Positions 34,667 through 44,652 of a stretch of DNA of 64,000 bases are shown here, piece by piece. Location of the stretch: the NCBI GenBank assembly GCA_018819305.1, contig JAHJQO010000040.1:44320-108319 (forward strand), in the 5' to 3' direction. This DNA is from Nanobdellota archaeon. Its GTDB lineage: Archaea; Nanobdellota; Nanobdellia; Woesearchaeales; SM23-78. Under the pieces are notes generated by a model. The model ran no database searches and was not told the origin of the DNA. It saw only the letters and a program-made list of their open reading frames with translations. Positions within the stretch are counted from its first letter, which is position 1. Each line of letters begins with the position of its first letter. A program made the translations under genes and the position numbers.

Positions 34667-36802
34667 ATGAAGAAAATTGCATTATTATTACTGATTTGCT
34701 TATCTGCTCAATTAGTTTGGGGGATTAACATAAATGAAATAATGTATAATCCGTCTGGCTCTGACAATAACAAAGAATTTGTTGAAATATTTGGAACAGA
34801 CAATTTGACAGGATATACAATAGGTGATCTTGCAAGTAATGACACACTGGAATTAATAAAATTTTTTCAGGGAAATTTCAGTCTGATTGTAGAAGAAGGA
34901 TTTAATCATACAAACATCAATTGCAGCATTTACAACGCAGGCGCTACAATAGGGAACAACCTAAACAATGGCGAAGATACTGTTTTTCTTTATTACAACA
35001 ACATTCTTATTGATATGATTGGTTATGACGGTAGTTTAGCCAACAACAATGACTATTCCTTAGAACTAATAAATGGAACCTGGCAGGAATCATGTGAATT
35101 AGGAGGAAGCCCTGGAAAAGAAAACTGTTTGATAATCAATGAAAACATTAATAATGAAAGTATTAATATTAGTATTAATGAATCTGAAAATGAAAACATA
35201 AATGAAACAATTAATGAAACCATTGATGAACCTGAACCTATAATTCAAAATGAGACAATCAACAACCAAACAGAAGAAAATATAACAAACCCGACCTTAA
35301 AAATAGAAATAATAATTTCTGAAAACCTATTCTTAGGAGTTACATATACTTCATTGTTCAAAATCACTAATCTAAATCATGTTTCAGGAGGAGAAAATTA
35401 TGTGAATGTCAGTGTCAAATACAATGTTACAAAAAATGATGTTTTAAATAATACTCTAATAAAAGAAGATGTTTTTAATAAAACAATTAATTATTATTCA
35501 TCATCAAACACAGGTAAATTGTTTATTGAAGAAACAGGAAATTATACTCTGTGCGGAACCATCATAAATACAACAATTTCTGTATGCAAAAACTTTACTG
35601 TTATCAATCCTTCTCAAATCAGCTGTAACATAAGCATAAATCTCAGCACAGACAAAGAAATATATCTAAACAACGAGAAAGTTAAAATATATAATATCAT
35701 AAACAACAAAACATATCCTTATATTTTTGAGTACTGGATTGAAGATTTGTTTGGCAATGATGTGAAAAAAAGAACAAACACCAGCAACACTAACCAAAAA
35801 ACATGGACTGCTAAAATTGTGGAAAAAGACAGGGTTTTTCTAGTCAAAAACAAGCTTGTATTTGTTGGCTGCAATAATTCAAATATAAACATAAATAGTG
35901 AAAATGAAAAAATGATTATTGTAAAAAAACAAGAATCAAACATTGGAAAAGATGATGATTCTGACTCGAGCATAAGCATAGATTATATCTATCTTCCAAA
36001 ATCAGAAGTCTTTGCCTTTGGAGATAATTTCAATGTTAAGCTCAGCATTCACAAAGGAGACACAACAAAGAGTTTGATAAAAGCTTTTGTTGAGAAAAAC
36101 AACAGGAAAGTGTCTGAAGAAGTAAAATTCTACTTGAACAAAAAAGACTCTGATTATAATCTGACTGTTAATGTGATTCTAAAACCAAACTGTGGAATTG
36201 GGGAAACAGAAAGCAATTATGATTTGGTTGTCGAAGGCCTAGGCCTGGAGATGACAGAGAAGATAATGATCAAAGGTAATAAAAAAGGATTGTGCGAAGA
36301 AAATAAACCTGAGTTAAAAGGAGAAATTAGTTCTTTTTATACCAGAAGCAAAAAATACAGCAAGGAAATAAATCTTTATGCCAGCATAAAAGGAACTGGA
36401 ATAACTGAAGTTTATGAAGCAACTTTATTTAGTAAAAAAGGCAAACAAAACAAGATAATACAGGACTCTGATAAACTTCAGTTTGTTGTTGAGCCAGAAA
36501 TAGGCGTAAATCTGTTTTTTCTTGAACTGAAAAAAGAAGGAGAAATCATTGACACACAAACCTTGCTTGTTGAACTAGAGGGAACTGAAGAAAAGAAAAA
36601 TATAAGCCATACAGTGCTGTTAGAAAAACCAAATATGATAGAGGAAAAAGAAAATAATCTGACTAATTATTCATTGGCAACAATCACAGGAATGACTGTT
36701 TATGAGTCAGATAATGTAAAGATGATAAAATATCTGCCTTATTTTTTCATATTTATCCTGTGCCTTCTCATCGTCGGTTTAATCCTTTCAAAGAGGCGAT
36801 AA
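34667..36802 (+). CDS. Secreted, C-terminally anchored surface protein with N-terminal lamin-tail domain (LTD)
   Basis: Signal peptide MKKIALLLLICLSAQLVWG. LTD-like ININEIMYNPSGSDNNKEFVEIFG...GEDTVFLYYNN. Dense N-x-S/T sequons and a C-terminal TM (YFFIFILCLLIVGLILSKRR). Confidence 0.65.
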   Translation: MKKIALLLLICLSAQLVWGININEIMYNPSGSDNNKEFVEIFGTDNLTGYTIGDLASNDTLELIKFFQGNFSLIVEEGFNHTNINCSIYNAGATIGNNLNNGEDTVFLYYNNILIDMIGYDGSLANNNDYSLELINGTWQESCELGGSPGKENCLIINENINNESINISINESENENINETINETIDEPEPIIQNETINNQTEENITNPTLKIEIIISENLFLGVTYTSLFKITNLNHVSGGENYVNVSVKYNVTKNDVLNNTLIKEDVFNKTINYYSSSNTGKLFIEETGNYTLCGTIINTTISVCKNFTVINPSQISCNISINLSTDKEIYLNNEKVKIYNIINNKTYPYIFEYWIEDLFGNDVKKRTNTSNTNQKTWTAKIVEKDRVFLVKNKLVFVGCNNSNININSENEKMIIVKKQESNIGKDDDSDSSISIDYIYLPKSEVFAFGDNFNVKLSIHKGDTTKSLIKAFVEKNNRKVSEEVKFYLNKKDSDYNLTVNVILKPNCGIGETESNYDLVVEGLGLEMTEKIMIKGNKKGLCEENKPELKGEISSFYTRSKKYSKEINLYASIKGTGITEVYEATLFSKKGKQNKIIQDSDKLQFVVEPEIGVNLFFLELKKEGEIIDTQTLLVELEGTEEKKNISHTVLLEKPNMIEEKENNLTNYSLATITGMTVYESDNVKMIKYLPYFFIFILCLLIVGLILSKRR

Positions 36803-36834
36803 ATTTATATATCCTGCCGAATTCAGAATTCTCT

Positions 36835-37428
36835 ATGGATGAAAAAGAAATTCAGAAAAAGATTAAAGAAGGCGGTGTTTTAGCGCAAGTAACTTTTGAA
36901 ATACTTGGCAGCCCAAAAGAGCACATTGAAAAATCCATGATTTCTTATCTGGGCAATATAAAGAATGACTTTCAAATCACTGTTCTTAGTGAAGAAATCG
37001 GCGAAGCAGAAGAAACAGAAGGAAAATTATGGGGTATTTATGCTGAGACTGAAATGATTTTTGACACGATTGAGAAGCTTGTGTGGCTATGTATTAACTT
37101 TATGCCTGCAAATATTGATATTATTGCTCCTAAGGATTTGACATTCAAAGAAAAAGACCTGACCAACTGGCTGAATGATTTGCTTGCAAAGCTTCATGAA
37201 ATTTCTGCTACTGTAAGGCAGGCAAATATCCAACAGGACGCTGCTGTAAAAGGAATGAATGCATTAATTCAGAATTCTTTGCTCTTGGCAACTGAAAAAT
37301 ACCACAAGCCAGAGGAAATAAGCAAAAGAATAGGCATACCTGCAAAGCAGTTGCAGCCATTTTTTGATGCTCTTGTTAAGAATGAAAAACTTGTAAAAAA
37401 AGATAAAGAATACCATAGAAAGGGGTAA
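36835..37428 (+). CDS. Hypothetical protein upstream of scpB
   Basis: The internal ATG (MDEKEIQKK) was chosen because the listed start at 36760 overlaps the LTD gene. A role as ScpB partner or kleisin is only speculation from position. Confidence 0.35.
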   Translation: MDEKEIQKKIKEGGVLAQVTFEILGSPKEHIEKSMISYLGNIKNDFQITVLSEEIGEAEETEGKLWGIYAETEMIFDTIEKLVWLCINFMPANIDIIAPKDLTFKEKDLTNWLNDLLAKLHEISATVRQANIQQDAAVKGMNALIQNSLLLATEKYHKPEEISKRIGIPAKQLQPFFDALVKNEKLVKKDKEYHRKG

Positions 37429-37434
37429 GGTGAG

Positions 37435-38394
37435 ATGGAGTTAAAAAAAGAAGTAGAGTCTTTGTTATTCTCGTCTGGAAAGATGATGACTGAAAAAGAG
37501 CTTGCAGAACTTACAAACAGCTCTGAAAGTGAAGTAAATAATGTTCTTAACATATTAAAAAATGAATATGATGAAAGAGATACCAGCCTGATGCTGGTAA
37601 ATTCTCAGGATTCCTGGAAACTCAATGTAAGAGAAAAATACATGAATCTTGTCACAAAAATTGTAGCTGACACAGAGCTTCCTTTTCCTGTTCTTGAAAC
37701 CCTGGCAGTTGTTGCTTACAAAGCACCTGTTGTACAGGCAGAAGTTGTCAAGATAAGAGGTACAAATGCTTATGAGCAAATTGGAATTCTTGTTGATGCT
37801 GGTTTTGTAGAGAAAAGAAAAGAAGGCAGGAGTTTTAGAGTTAATCTGACTCCTAAGTTTTTTGAGTATTTTGATGTTGCAGGAGATGGAGATATTAAAG
37901 ATGCATTAAAAGATGTAAAAGTGCCTGAGAAAAAAGAACCAGAACATGTTGGCAAACTCGATGTTGTTGATGTTCCTCCTGAAGAAAAAAAAGATGCAAA
38001 AGACAAATTAGGTGATTTAGAAGTTATTGACGAACCTGAAATCAAAGAAGATGAAGAGCAGGAAGAAAAAGCAAGCATTGAAGACAACAAGCCTGATGAA
38101 GATTTTCTTAAGAACATTGAGGCAAAAATTGATGACCTTAGCAAGAGAAATGATAATCATGACAACGACGAGTTGTTTAAAAGGCAGGAAGAATTAAATA
38201 GAGAAAGAGAAGAAGAAACATCAGCTGAAACTAAAGCTGCCTCATCAGAGGAAGAAAAAGAAGATAAAAAACTTCCTGAAGAAGATGCTGATGAATCTGA
38301 AGATACAGAAGAGGAAACACCTGAAGAAGAAGAACCTGAAGAAGAGGCTCCAGCAGAGGAAGCTCCTGCTGAAGAAGAAAAAAAAGAGGAATAA
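37435..38394 (+). CDS. scpB: Segregation and condensation protein B with long acidic tail
   Basis: VESLLFSSGKMMTEKELAELT...LETLAVVAYKAPVVQAEVVKIRGTNAYEQIGILVDAGFV is a tandem-wHTH ScpB pattern. It is followed by about 150 aa rich in E/D/K. Confidence 0.8.
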   Translation: MELKKEVESLLFSSGKMMTEKELAELTNSSESEVNNVLNILKNEYDERDTSLMLVNSQDSWKLNVREKYMNLVTKIVADTELPFPVLETLAVVAYKAPVVQAEVVKIRGTNAYEQIGILVDAGFVEKRKEGRSFRVNLTPKFFEYFDVAGDGDIKDALKDVKVPEKKEPEHVGKLDVVDVPPEEKKDAKDKLGDLEVIDEPEIKEDEEQEEKASIEDNKPDEDFLKNIEAKIDDLSKRNDNHDNDELFKRQEELNREREEETSAETKAASSEEEKEDKKLPEEDADESEDTEEETPEEEEPEEEAPAEEAPAEEEKKEE

Positions 38395-38397
38395 ACG

Positions 38398-38429
38398 CAC
38401 TGGACATCCCTTGACGTAGGGTTTATAAA
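38398..38429 (+). promoter_or_regulatory. Conserved promoter element CACTGGACAT-N3-TTGACGTAGGGT plus TATA
   Basis: CACTGGACATCCCTTGACGTAGGGTTTATAAA lies about 25 nt upstream of the ATG at 38452. It is nearly identical to the minus-strand site at 47297-47328. Confidence 0.55.
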
Positions 38430-38451
38430 CCTGTTTTCTTACTATTTTTTC

Positions 38452-38604
38452 ATGACTTTAATTGTTATCTGTCCTAAATGCAAGCATCAGCAAAAGACTA
38501 ATCCTCAGAAAATAGTTAGCGCTGTAAAGACTTGTGTTTATTGCGGCAAGAGGTTTAAGATTCATTCTAATGAGAAAAAGACCCAGATTCTGAAGAGAGT
38601 TTGA
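38452..38604 (+). CDS. 50-aa zinc-ribbon protein
   Basis: MTLIVICPKCKHQQKTNPQKIVSAVKTCVYCGKRFKIHSNEKKTQILKRV has CPxC...CxxC. It falls below the ORF-track size cutoff and sits directly behind a promoter-like element. Confidence 0.45.
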   Translation: MTLIVICPKCKHQQKTNPQKIVSAVKTCVYCGKRFKIHSNEKKTQILKRV

Positions 38605-38763
38605 AGTTTTATTCAGTCATTTATTTATAAGCTATTTTTAAGCAAAATAAACATATCTTTTCAATATAGAAAAAATTTAAAAAATCACAACACTTATAAA
38701 CCCAGAAAACGTACTTTTAAAGGTTAATTATCGACGATAATCTAAATAATATAAAGGTATAAT

Positions 38764-41415
38764 ATGACTCCAAAAAAGCTTACAGACCAGGAAGAAAAAA
38801 CATCTGAAAAATCAGCTCCAAACATTGAGCCGGAAGTAGATGAAAAACGAGTAATTCGAACTGTTATTGAAGATGAAATGAAAGCTTCTTACATGGATTA
38901 TGCAATGAGTGTCATTGTAGGACGAGCCTTACCAGATATTCGAGACGGACTAAAACCTGTTCACAGAAGAATTCTTTATGCCATGAATGATATTGGCATC
39001 AAATATAATACTGCTTATAAGAAATGTGCCCGAATTGTTGGAGAAGTTCTTGGTAAATATCATCCGCACGGAGACACTGCTGTTTATGACTCACTTGTTC
39101 GAATGGCGCAGAGTTTTTCATTAAGATATCCTCTTATTCAAGGCCAGGGAAACTTTGGAAGTGTAGATGGAGACAATGCAGCAGCTATGAGATATACTGA
39201 AGCAAGAATGGCTAAGATAAGCGATGAAATGCTTGCAGACATTGAAAAAGATACTGTTGACTTCCAGCCAAATTTTGACGGCAGCTTGCAAGAACCAATT
39301 GTTTTGCCAAGTAAGATACCTAACCTTCTTATCAATGGCAGCAGTGGTATTGCTGTTGGAATGACAACCAATATTCCACCTCACAATATTAGAGAAGTAT
39401 GTCAGGCAATTATTGCGCTTATTGATGAATCTGATATTGATATTCAGGAAATTCTCAATATAATCAAAGGTCCTGATTTTCCAACAGGAGGAATTATTCT
39501 TGGAAAACAAGGAATTATCAATAATTATACTTCTGGAAGAGGAGTTATTCGAGTAAGAGGAAAGCTTGAATTAGAAGAGAAAAAAGACAGACAAAGATTA
39601 ATCATAACAGAGATACCATATCAACTCAATAAATCTCAGTTAATTGAGCAAATTGCAGATTGCGTGAATGACAGAACTATCCAAGGGATTTCAGATTTAA
39701 GAGATGAAAGTGATAGAAACGGAATGAGAGTTGTTCTGGAGCTTAAAAAAAGTGCAAACATTGAAGTTGTGAAAAACCAGCTGTTTAAACACACAAGATT
39801 GCAATCAACTTTTGGCGCAATAATGATTGCCCTTGACAATGGCCAACCCAAAACTTTCAACATAAAAGAAATTCTTGAAAGCTTTTTGCTTCACAGGCGT
39901 GTTGTTGTGAGAAAGCGAACAGATTTTGATTTAAAAAAAGCAGAAGAAAGAGCACATATTCTCAAAGGCCTTCTTGTTGCACTGGAAAATCTTGACCCTG
40001 TTATCAAGCTAATAAAAACATCCAAGACTCCTGCTATTGCAAAAACTAATTTGATTGCTGTTTACAAACTTTCTGACAAGCAGGCACAGGCAATTCTGGA
40101 TATGAGACTGCAAAAACTTACAGGCTTAGAGCAAAGAAAAATACTAGATGAACACAAAGAACTAATTGAAACTATCATGAAGCTGAAAGAGATTCTTGCT
40201 GATGAAAACAAGATTTTCATAATTATTAAAGACGAAATGAATGAACTCATTGAAAAATATGGTGATGAAAGAAGAACATTTATTCAGGAAGATGTTGAAG
40301 AAGAAATTGATATGGAAGATCTGATTAAGCCTGAAGAAAATGTGATTACAATCAGCCACGCAGGCTATATAAAAAGACAGCCAATTGATGTTTACAAAAC
40401 CCAGAGAAGAGGAGGAAAAGGAGTAATCGGAGCAACTACAAAAGAAGAAGACTTTATCAAACACTTATTTATTGCCAATACACACTCAGACTTGCTTGTG
40501 TTTACAGACAAAGGAAAAGTTTACTGGCTAAAGGTTTATAGTGTTCCTGAAGCAGCTCGTGTAAGCAAAGGAAAACCTATTGTCAACTTAATCAGAGTTG
40601 ATCCTAATGAAAAAATCCAGGCAGTTATTCCTGTAAGAGAATTTGATGACAAACAATTCTTATTGTTTGCAACAAAAAAAGGTCTTATTAAGAAAACAAA
40701 GCTCAGTGCTTATAGCAGGCCTAGAAAAGGAGGAATAATAGGTATTAATCTTAATCAGGATGATGCTGTTGTTGAAGTTATTCTTACAGACGGACAGCAG
40801 AAAATACTTATTGCAAGCAGCAATGGTCAGGCTGTCAAATTCTTTGAAGCAGATGCACGGCCAGTGGGCAGGAACAGCAGCGGCGTCAGAGGAATAAGGC
40901 TTGGAAAAGATGATACTGTAGTAGGTATGATAATTGCTAGAGACAATGCTTGTGTTATGACACTTACTGAAAATGGTTATGGAAAAAGAACCCAATTTGA
41001 TGAATACCGGCTCATTAACAGAGGTGGAAAAGGTGTTCGAAACATTATCTGCAGTGAAAGAAACGGCAGAGTAAAAGGAATTAAGTCTGTACGAGATGAT
41101 GATGAGATTATGGTTGTGTCTAAAAAAGGAATCCTCATTAGAATACCAGTTAAAAACATTAATGTTATTGGAAGAAACACCCAAGGAGTAAGAATCATGA
41201 AAATGAGTGCAGGAGACAAAGTTGTGAGCATTGCAAAGATTGAAGCTAATGATCACAGTAAAGAAGAACTTGAACAAGAGATTAAAGCACTTAAAAAAGA
41301 AATTGAAATCATAGAGCCAGAAACAGACATTGAAGAAGTTGTCGAAGAAGAAACAGAAGAGATTGATTCAGAATTTTCTGAAGAAGCTGATGTTGAAGAG
41401 AAACAAGAAGAATGA
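38764..41415 (+). CDS. gyrA: DNA gyrase subunit A
   Basis: 883 aa with [19 protein letters not shown], the active-site [10 protein letters not shown] and C-terminal beta-pinwheel repeats. Ends in an acidic tail. No gyrB is present in the window. Confidence 0.95.
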   Translation: MTPKKLTDQEEKTSEKSAPNIEPEVDEKRVIRTVIEDEMKASYMDYAMSVIVGRALPDIRDGLKPVHRRILYAMNDIGIKYNTAYKKCARIVGEVLGKYHPHGDTAVYDSLVRMAQSFSLRYPLIQGQGNFGSVDGDNAAAMRYTEARMAKISDEMLADIEKDTVDFQPNFDGSLQEPIVLPSKIPNLLINGSSGIAVGMTTNIPPHNIREVCQAIIALIDESDIDIQEILNIIKGPDFPTGGIILGKQGIINNYTSGRGVIRVRGKLELEEKKDRQRLIITEIPYQLNKSQLIEQIADCVNDRTIQGISDLRDESDRNGMRVVLELKKSANIEVVKNQLFKHTRLQSTFGAIMIALDNGQPKTFNIKEILESFLLHRRVVVRKRTDFDLKKAEERAHILKGLLVALENLDPVIKLIKTSKTPAIAKTNLIAVYKLSDKQAQAILDMRLQKLTGLEQRKILDEHKELIETIMKLKEILADENKIFIIIKDEMNELIEKYGDERRTFIQEDVEEEIDMEDLIKPEENVITISHAGYIKRQPIDVYKTQRRGGKGVIGATTKEEDFIKHLFIANTHSDLLVFTDKGKVYWLKVYSVPEAARVSKGKPIVNLIRVDPNEKIQAVIPVREFDDKQFLLFATKKGLIKKTKLSAYSRPRKGGIIGINLNQDDAVVEVILTDGQQKILIASSNGQAVKFFEADARPVGRNSSGVRGIRLGKDDTVVGMIIARDNACVMTLTENGYGKRTQFDEYRLINRGGKGVRNIICSERNGRVKGIKSVRDDDEIMVVSKKGILIRIPVKNINVIGRNTQGVRIMKMSAGDKVVSIAKIEANDHSKEELEQEIKALKKEIEIIEPETDIEEVVEEETEEIDSEFSEEADVEEKQEE

Positions 41416-41696
41416 CTGATGAATTCTAATTAATAATTAATGTTTATTTTAAATTCCTGATTTAATAAACATAATAATCAATCCTAGAGCTGCAATTATA
41501 GCCACAAGAATAATTAACTCAACATGATGATGTGTCATCTTTTTGTTGATTTGCATGTTCATACAGAACATCTATTCGTTATTATATAAATTTTTTGCTC
41601 AAAACATTTCAAAGCAATATTATTTCTTACTAATATTGATTTACTTCTGACTGTAAATAGCAATATTTAAATACATTTCAAACCAATTATCATCTC

Positions 41697-42185
41697 ATGA
41701 GGAAGAGACTTCATAAAAAAGGATGGGAAAAAGCAGAGATAGACAGAGTTGAAAGAATTATCAAAAAAGCTGAAAAAAACAAGCATCCACATGTAAAAAA
41801 GCTAGAAAGCAGTCTTTACTGGTTTACTTTGATAATAGGAATTCTAGGAACTGTTTTCTTCTCAATTATGCTCATACCTATACTTATTGCAAGTACAAAT
41901 GCTTGGGGCTATATTTTAACAGGAATGCTGGGTTTTTTGCTTGGAGCATTAATAATTATCATAATAAAGGACTTACACTGGCTTGAAGACCATCACCACT
42001 TATTTATTGCATTATTAATCCCTGTAATTGCTCTTCTCAACTTCATTATTGTTGTGAATAGAGTAAATGTACTCAAATACCAATTGGGACTGGGTATTCA
42101 ACATCATCCATTTATCATAGGAATAATTTACCTTATTTGCTTTTTAATTCCTTACATGGTATTTCTATTTTTAAAGAGGAGATAG
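41697..42185 (+). CDS. Membrane protein
   Basis: 162 aa. Basic N-terminus followed by 4 hydrophobic helices. Confidence 0.4.
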   Translation: MRKRLHKKGWEKAEIDRVERIIKKAEKNKHPHVKKLESSLYWFTLIIGILGTVFFSIMLIPILIASTNAWGYILTGMLGFLLGALIIIIIKDLHWLEDHHHLFIALLIPVIALLNFIIVVNRVNVLKYQLGLGIQHHPFIIGIIYLICFLIPYMVFLFLKRR

Positions 42186-42187
42186 AC

Positions 42188-42598
42188 ATGGACTTAAAAG
42201 AATGGGCTGTACAATACATAAAACAAAGAGACATGGTCAAACAGGATTTAGTTAGTTATAAAGAGGAAGAAAACAAGGTTTTATGCGAATACAAAGAAGG
42301 AAAAAAAGCTGTTTTTCTTTGTAAAGAAAACCTTGAGCTTGACAATATAAAGAACATAAAAAAAGATGAAACTTTCTTTTTAGTATGCTTATGCAATGAG
42401 CATAATTTTAAGGTTCTTGCAGATAACTGGGATTTATTTAAGACAAAACAAAATCTTACATTTATATATCTCAACCCTAATATTGCAGAAAAATGGATAA
42501 TTAAACCTTTTATTCATGCAAAAATCGCTGATCCCATAACATTAAAGCAGGGCCTAAGGACTATGTACGAAACATGCCAAGGTACAGCAAAACAATAG
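42188..42598 (+). CDS. Hypothetical protein
   Basis: Internal ATG (MDLKEWAVQYIKQ) lies 2 nt after the upstream stop. No motif recognised. Confidence 0.35.
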   Translation: MDLKEWAVQYIKQRDMVKQDLVSYKEEENKVLCEYKEGKKAVFLCKENLELDNIKNIKKDETFFLVCLCNEHNFKVLADNWDLFKTKQNLTFIYLNPNIAEKWIIKPFIHAKIADPITLKQGLRTMYETCQGTAKQ

Positions 42599-42657
42599 AT
42601 AGCGCAGATAATACAAAAACAATAACAATATATATCTATTGCTAATTCTTTCATAAC

Positions 42658-43359
42658 ATGGAGACGAAGATTAACTCTGGCACAGCAGAAATGGACTGGC
42701 TTTTAGAAGGTGGGTATGATAAAGGAATAATCACTACTATTTATGGTCCTGGAAGCAGCGGCAAGACCAATCTTCTTCTTTTGTGCATTGCCAATAGTGT
42801 TAAAGGGCAAAAAGTAATATATATTGACACAGAAGGAAGCTTCTCATTAAACAGATACAAACAAATTTGTCCTGATTTTAAAAAAGCACTTGAAAAAATC
42901 ATTTTTCTCAAGCCTACAAGTTTTAAAGAGCAGGAAAAAGCAATTGGTCATCTTAGTGTTCTTATTAAGCAGGATGTCGGAGCTATTTTTGTCGACAGCA
43001 TAACTATGCTTTATCGCGCAGAGCTCAAAGAAGAGATGAACAGAGGGCTGAATAATTCTTTGGCATTTCAGGTCAGAACTCTTCTTGAGATTGCAAGAAA
43101 AAAAGATATTCCAGTAATCATGACAACCCAGGTTTATGCTGATTTTGAGAATAAAGACCAAGTCAAGCTTGTTGGAGGAAATATTATAAAAAACATGAGT
43201 AAATGTTTGATTGAGCTCAAAAAAAGCGGTCCAAACAGAGTTGCAATTATTCAAAAGCACAGAAGTATAGAAGAAGGAAAAAGTATTATGTTCAGAATTA
43301 TTGATGAAGGAATCAAAGAAGTAAAGAAAGAAGAAACAAATAAAGAAAACAAAAATTAA
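42658..43359 (+). CDS. radB: RadB-like RecA-superfamily ATPase
   Basis: 233 aa with LLEGGYDKGIITTIYGPGSSGKTNLLL (Walker A) and IFVDSIT (Walker B). It lacks the RadA N-terminal HhH domain. Confidence 0.7.
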   Translation: METKINSGTAEMDWLLEGGYDKGIITTIYGPGSSGKTNLLLLCIANSVKGQKVIYIDTEGSFSLNRYKQICPDFKKALEKIIFLKPTSFKEQEKAIGHLSVLIKQDVGAIFVDSITMLYRAELKEEMNRGLNNSLAFQVRTLLEIARKKDIPVIMTTQVYADFENKDQVKLVGGNIIKNMSKCLIELKKSGPNRVAIIQKHRSIEEGKSIMFRIIDEGIKEVKKEETNKENKN

Positions 43360-43471
43360 AAATTTTTGAAACTTAATCAAAGATTAAGAAAACAAAAATT
43401 AAAAATTTTTGAATCTCAACAATATAAAGAATATTTTTGAGCACTTAATCAAAGATTAAGAAAACAAAAAT
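43345..43471. repeat. Tandemly duplicated A/T-rich block with two copies of a 7-bp-stem hairpin
   Basis: GAAAACAAAAATTAAAAATTTTTGAA occurs at 43345 and 43388. CTTAATC-AAA-GATTAAG plus GAAAACAAAAAT occurs at about 43370 and about 43443. The block lies between the convergent radB-like and rps2 genes. Confidence 0.55.
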
Positions 43472-43482
43472 AATAAATAATT

Positions 43483-44079
43483 TTATTCATCAGAGAAATC
43501 ATCAACTGTGTGTGTGAATCCGCCTTTGTTTATCATGCCTCTGTTTTCTAAGTAACCTTTGGTTAAAAGCCAGAATACTAATCCTAGGCTTTTTCTTCCT
43601 TTATTATTACCCGGCACTACCAAGTCAATATTATTGGTTTGATTATTTGTATCACACAAAGCAATAACTGGAATTCCCATTTTTATTGCATCTTCAACAG
43701 CATTTCTGTCAGGCCAGGGATCTGTTACAAAAAGCACTTTAGCTTCAGTAAATGTTCTTAATTGAATGTTTGTAAGAATGCCTGGCGGATATCTTCCAAT
43801 ATATGTTTTCGCACCAGTAAGTTCTCCAAAGAGCTGTACTGGTTTCCAGCCATTCTCTCTCCTTGCAACAACAATAATATCTTCAGGAGCATAATTTGAC
43901 ATGAAACTAATCAAAACTTTAATCCTGGCATCAATCTGCTGTACATTCAAAACACTAAGTCCATCTGGTCTTGTCTTATAGATAAAATTCTCCATATATT
44001 TGGTCTTGAATTTTGTTCCTATATGAATTCCTGATTTCAAGTATTCATCGTTTGGTATTAATAATTCTTTTTCCATCAA
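43483..44079 (-). CDS. rps2: 30S ribosomal protein uS2 (archaeal type)
   Basis: 198 aa with YLKSGIHIGTKFKTKYMENFIYKTRPDGLSVLNV and VTDPWPDRNAVEDAIKMGIPVIALCDTN. Confidence 0.9.
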   Translation of the reverse strand: MMEKELLIPNDEYLKSGIHIGTKFKTKYMENFIYKTRPDGLSVLNVQQIDARIKVLISFMSNYAPEDIIVVARRENGWKPVQLFGELTGAKTYIGRYPPGILTNIQLRTFTEAKVLFVTDPWPDRNAVEDAIKMGIPVIALCDTNNQTNNIDLVVPGNNKGRKSLGLVFWLLTKGYLENRGMINKGGFTHTVDDFSDE

Positions 44080-44186
44080 AAATCACCTCCTGATTTTTGA
44101 GGTGCTCAGAAAAGTTTCGCTTTTCTGGCACTCAAAATTTTTAATTTTGTTGTGTCAAAAATTTTCTATTTTTGAACACTGACATG

Positions 44187-44501
44187 TTAATCTTCCTTTT
44201 CAATCTTTTGTTTTAAATCTCCTCGGACATATTTAAACCCTTGAAATTGATGGTGAGGAATAGGGTTTGCGAATTCAGACCAGGTGGAAGGTATAAATGT
44301 TATTCTTTCATAATATACCTCATCTATTTCACAGTGACCTCTTATCGCACCTTTTGTTGCAAAGTATATCCTTTCAATATCACAATGATCTGTTTGTCGG
44401 GGAACACCTGCTAAATCCCAGAAAGCAACAACATTGTTAGGGTCCAACTTTTTTTCAAGTGCTTCTGATCTTGTATAAACCAATATATCCATTCTTACCA
44501 C
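44187..44501 (-). CDS. Hypothetical protein
   Basis: 104-aa ORF (an alternative ATG lies at 44492) behind a long GC-rich leader. Confidence 0.35.
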   Translation of the reverse strand: MVRMDILVYTRSEALEKKLDPNNVVAFWDLAGVPRQTDHCDIERIYFATKGAIRGHCEIDEVYYERITFIPSTWSEFANPIPHHQFQGFKYVRGDLKQKIEKED

Positions 44502-44652
44502 CTGTTTACTTTATGCTTTTTATTTTATTAAACAGCAACAGAATAAGTCTCTATCACTGCAATTTATCGCCCGTGCAGTGTGCCAAGAGTCCCTTGCGGC
44601 TTACCTCATGACAGGGCTTTACGACTATAGAAAAAGCAGTGATTTATAAATG

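Noticed and set aside
36760-36834. Listed start of ORF 36760-37428 overlapping the LTD gene by 43 nt
   Set aside because: The N-terminal 25 residues overlap the C-terminal TM codons of the upstream gene in another frame. The internal ATG at 36835 gives a normal intergenic gap.
39121-41277. Several 60-205-aa minus-strand ORFs inside gyrA
   Set aside because: They lie fully within a confidently identified 883-aa GyrA frame. They have low-complexity compositions typical of antisense frames in AT-rich DNA.
41449-41562. 37-aa minus-strand ORF MNMQINKKMTHHHVELIILVAIIAALGLIIMFIKSGI downstream of gyrA
   Set aside because: It has a plausible single TM helix but no other support. It is too short to call without conservation or expression data.
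43345-43471. Possible CRISPR-like array from repeated 26-29-nt blocks
   Set aside because: There are only two copies of each block and the spacers are not unique-looking. The sequence is extremely AT-rich, overlaps a gene 3' end and has no cas genes nearby. It is better explained as duplicated terminator hairpins.
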